The notes under the pieces were generated by a model. It was not told the DNA's origin, made no database searches, and saw only the letters and a program-made list of their open reading frames with translations. Positions 25,853 through 29,836 of a stretch of DNA of 29,836 bases are shown in pieces (position 1 is the stretch's first letter; each line of letters begins with the position of its first letter). The translations under genes and the position numbers were made by a program. Source of the stretch: Tubiluchus corallicola (taxonomy: Eukaryota; Animalia; Priapulida); NCBI GenBank assembly GCA_030141605.1, contig JAQGDQ010001680.1, forward strand, positions 1 through 29,836, in the 5' to 3' direction.

Positions 25853-27648
25853 TAAAACTAATTTAAATTTAAATCTGTCGTTTAACTAATGAAAGCAACA
25901 AACGTTACGCGCGTCCAAAACTTGAGAAAAAAAAACAGTCATTATAATCAGACAGACAAAAACTTTTTTACCTATGATAACAATCCAGGGTTGACTCTGA
26001 GTCGCGTATACGATTCTGTGATACGGCATGCCAAAATCAACTCTTGTAGAATTCAGACGAAAACGTGTTTTTTGCTAATACGACATGTTTATAACACGAG
26101 CCAGAAGGTAATTTGCTGCCCATAAGCCAGGAGTTTGAAATGCAGACAATGAGTGAAACATTTTGGAGAACAGGTAGAAATGTTCGTTTGCCTGAGGCCG
26201 TTACATGTTTCTTCAAAATACAGACTATGGGATTAGTGAACAAAGTAACACCTAGGCTTGTGTAAATAGATCAGAGTCAGTTGAAGAAATTATTCAGTGA
26301 TATTAGAATTCTTATAACTTATTCAACACTTTTGTAATGCGGTTATTTCCAATAAAAAAAGTAATTATTTCACAATGGCTTTAAGAGATTGCCGAGTTAT
26401 GAACGGGCGACCAAAAATTTGTTTGAAAAATACCGCCAACCAATGAATTCTAAACATCCAAACGTCCAAAAAAGATCCGAAAAGATTAAACCAATTACCT
26501 AAATAATTACATCAAAGCACATCAATTATCATTTTCCTAATTCTAAAAGCGCATTGATGTATTACATTGAAACGTCATTTATCAGAATTAAAAAAGATTT
26601 ATTAATTCTGAAATTGATTTATTGGGATCAAAATGATTTAAAAATGCTTAGAATTGATTTATTAATATTAAAAATGATTTTAATGGGCAATGATAAGGGT
26701 TAAATACCACTTTGTATTTTCATAATAATCATATTACGAATAACGCCTTGGCTATAGTATATTCATTAAAATAACTTTGCCCAGATAGTGATGCAAAAAC
26801 TGACTTCAGGGCGTTTTCAAGTTTTACAAAATTTCGAAAATTTATTGCTAGGCAGTTACGTTTTTACAGAAAACACATTTTCTGTGTAACAATCCACTGA
26901 TGTTGTCATTTACCACAATATAAATCTCAGGTAAGTCTATTTATCTTGCCGCTAACTAGAACGTTTCGACAGGTGCGCAAGAATGCAGGTTTTAGCCACA
27001 GCACGCTCGAATAAGTTTCAACTTTCAAACTGCCGACTAAACGCGGTTATAAGTATGTGCTGCCCTCTCTTATTGGCACTTGTGACTATTCTATTCGTCA
27101 GTTTTCACATTTCTTTCGATAGATGGCAGCACAAACTTGCAAGCACCTAGTACTAATAAAGGCTCTCTAGAAAAATTGTTACAGTGAAATTAAAAATTGT
27201 ATAGTTTTTATGAGACGAGGAATTACAGTTAGATGCATGTTTCAGGAATCATTATGTAAGAAAATACTTTCAACGATGATTAAACTTATTAAATTTTGAG
27301 TGACAATGACAGCAATAAAGCATCGTCTAGGATTTGCTACAGAAGTATTTCAAGATCTTCAAACAGATCCAATAAACAACAGTAAACCAAACGTCTTCAC
27401 CCAAGTTGAAGTAGCGTAGTATTTATTTGCATTTACTACTTGGGGTTTAATTGAAAATTACTAAATAACTAGTTTACGCTTCAATGTTGATGAACACGCC
27501 TGATTTATTATGTCGTAAAAATTTGATTATTTACTGCGTTTAAGTCCAGTAACTTAAAATTAAAGAAACGAATAAAAACCACAATACCATATAATTTAAA
27601 TTAAAATTATTTACCATCTTAATTACAACATTACTTATTAATTAATAA

Positions 27649-27828
<180 letters not shown>

Positions 27829-28485
27829 AAATTAATAATTAATATCATTTATTTATAAATTTTAATATTATTTAAGATGGATGTTAATGTGCTTACATTT
27901 GTGAATCAAACCTTTTTCGAAGGGAAAAATAAGTGAAAAAACGCGTTTGGATTCAAAAATTCAAGAAAAGCGAGTTCAATTAATCACCCGTCATCACAAA
28001 GTCTATCACATTGATGTCCTATTTCATATCACTATATCATATTCCACCCATGCAAAGACCGTTAAACAAAACTCCATCGAAAGATCTGTTGTTACGAAGC
28101 AGGTGACGGCTAAGGCAACTCTATGGCGACCGAAAAAACAGTTACCAGTTTTTCTATGAGACAAAACCGTTTGTTATAATTTTTGTTGGCAGACTCAAGT
28201 GTCTTCTAATCAGGTGACAGACGCCACCTGTTTTAAGTATCAATATCGTAGAAAGAGCATTAGAGAGATAATTCTACAATAGCGATTTTATGCTTGAACA
28301 ATGTTATCACCTTATAGGACCTACAGATGCGCGTGACTTCTGCGCATCAGCTGAACGACCGTTATTATAAGATAAGACTGAACCGTTGTTACATACATCT
28401 AGATTCTAGAACATGAAAATATACAGCGTTGTTATCAATATAATTCAAGCCATTAGGTTCACAATAAAGTACTACGCGGTAGTAC

Positions 28486-28769
28486 GCGGTGGCGTAGGCA
28501 ATTACGGTAAACAGTTACGCAAGCAGTTACGCTAAACAGTGGTGCATGTAGTTAAGCTAAACAGTGGCGTGCGCAGTTACGCTAAACAGTGGTGCATGCA
28601 GTTAAGCTAAATAGTGGTGTACATAGTTACGCTATAGAGTGGCGTACGCAGTTACGTTACACAGTGGCGTACGCAGTTTCGTTAAACAGTGGCGTACGCA
28701 GTTGCGTTAAACAGTAGCGTTCGCAGTTACGCTAAATAGTGGCGTACGCAGTTAAGCTAAACAGTTACG
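28486..28769. repeat. 25-bp minisatellite (~11 copies)
   Basis: Consensus ACAGTGGCGTACGCAGTTACGCTAA with starts at 28561, 28586, 28611, 28636, 28661... Confidence 0.92.
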
Positions 28770-29206
28770 TTTTTGTCAGTGGGAAAGCAAATCTGCTTTG
28801 TTCTGCTCTGTTCTGTTCTGTTCTGTTCTGTTCTGTTCTGTTCTGTTCTGTTCTGTTCTGTTCTGTTTTGTTCCATGCCATTCTGTTCTGTATTGTGTGT
28901 ATTGGCGTTATGCTCTGTTCTATTCTGTTGCTTTTCATTCTGTTTCGCTCTGTTCTATTCGGGGTTTTGTTCGATTCTGTGTTCTCTTTTGTTCTGTTTA
29001 ATTGACCTCTTCTGTCCTCTCAGGGCTTGCCCCGTCCTGTCACATCCTGTCCCATCCCATCCTGTCACCTCCTACCCGTTCCGTTCCAGTCTGTTCTGCT
29101 CTTCTGCTCTGCCCTTTTCTGTTTTATTCAGCGTTATTCTATTCTACTGTACTTCGCACTTAAAGACGATCATTTACTCGACGAGTCCTGCCGTTACGGG
29201 ACTTGT
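28770..29206 (+). mobile_element. Helentron-associated (HINE/DINE-1-like) non-autonomous element with (TTCTG)n
   Basis: 5' T-run + GTCAGT, hairpin AAAGCA/TGCTTT, (TTCTG)n at 28801-28865 decaying into other pentamers, 3' ACTCGAC (approximate inverse of the 5' motif), and terminal stem-loop AGTCCTG/CGGGACT followed by TGT. Confidence 0.5.
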
Positions 29207-29496
29207 GTGAACAGGCCCTAATCGTACAAATCCCGCAATAACAAAACACGTTCACGCATTCACATACGCAGATCTGCAGTCAACGCGTGGTGCTGACACT
29301 GACCTCGTCAGTGTGATCGTATTTTGATAGCGCAGGTAAAAACTTCAAATTAAAGTCAATCCTCTTTACCTGGGCAGAAAGCTGATTAACCTGTATTCAT
29401 TTCGCACTGTAGTTTAGTAAGTTACATTGTTAGCATAGCAGAAACAGTGGCAGTGTCTATTCAAGTTTACAGTGCAGTGTACCAATATACAATACA

Positions 29497-29752
29497 TTAA
29501 AAGAAAACAAGGTGATTTCTCATATCCAGTTTTGAAGAACGATAAAAATATACATATTAACACGTATAATAACGCGAAAGCATTTCTGGTAATTAAAATA
29601 ATAGATTAAAAACTTAATTAACGACAGATGAGCGTAAATTTAAAGGAAGACAGGGTGATTTTTCATATACTACCCCATTTTCAAGTCCGATAAAAAGTAT
29701 ACATTTTAACACAATTAATACTGCAAAAGCATTTCTAATATTTAAATAATAG
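29497..29752. repeat. two diverged ~110-bp direct repeats, each starting TTAA-A(A/G)GAA
   Basis: 29497-29604 and 29640-29752 share GGTGATTT.TCATAT, CGATAAAAA, TATACAT.TTAACAC, AAAGCATTTCT and AAATAATAG. Confidence 0.7.
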
Positions 29753-29836
29753 TCGTAATTAACGGCGGGCGAGCCCAACTATTGATGACATCACAAACTA
29801 ACATAATTTTCAACAGCAAAAATATTCCACGAGCGT

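Noticed and set aside
26570-26703. Degenerate ~20-bp repeats ending in AAGGG-TTAA (piggyBac-like right end)
   Set aside because: No matching TTAA-CCCTT left end was found nearby.

Overview
AT-rich, repeat-dense animal genomic DNA, probably a bilaterian invertebrate (inferred from composition, spliceosomal-type splice signals and CTCF-like motifs). It has a 290-N assembly gap and no prokaryotic features or CRISPR array. The only intact gene is an uninterrupted 472-aa M28-family carboxypeptidase Q (CPQ/PGCP) at 14043-15461 (+). The most interesting feature is a ~215-bp non-coding retroelement (21005-~21217) embedded in (ATT)n microsatellite. Its 5' end is a near-complete twister ribozyme, and the element starts exactly at the predicted U|A self-cleavage site while lacking the upstream P1 strand. 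Also present: two inverted copies of a hAT-type MITE carrying a (CT)n tract, and two copies of a TA-flanked MITE, one of which has grown a 60-bp tandem array and sits in a LINE remnant. There is also a Helentron/HINE-like element, several mini- and microsatellites, LINE fragments, and a possible multi-exon Ig-plus-mucin pseudogene. Most short ORFs in the track are repeat artefacts. All family assignments are by eye or recall; no database search was run.
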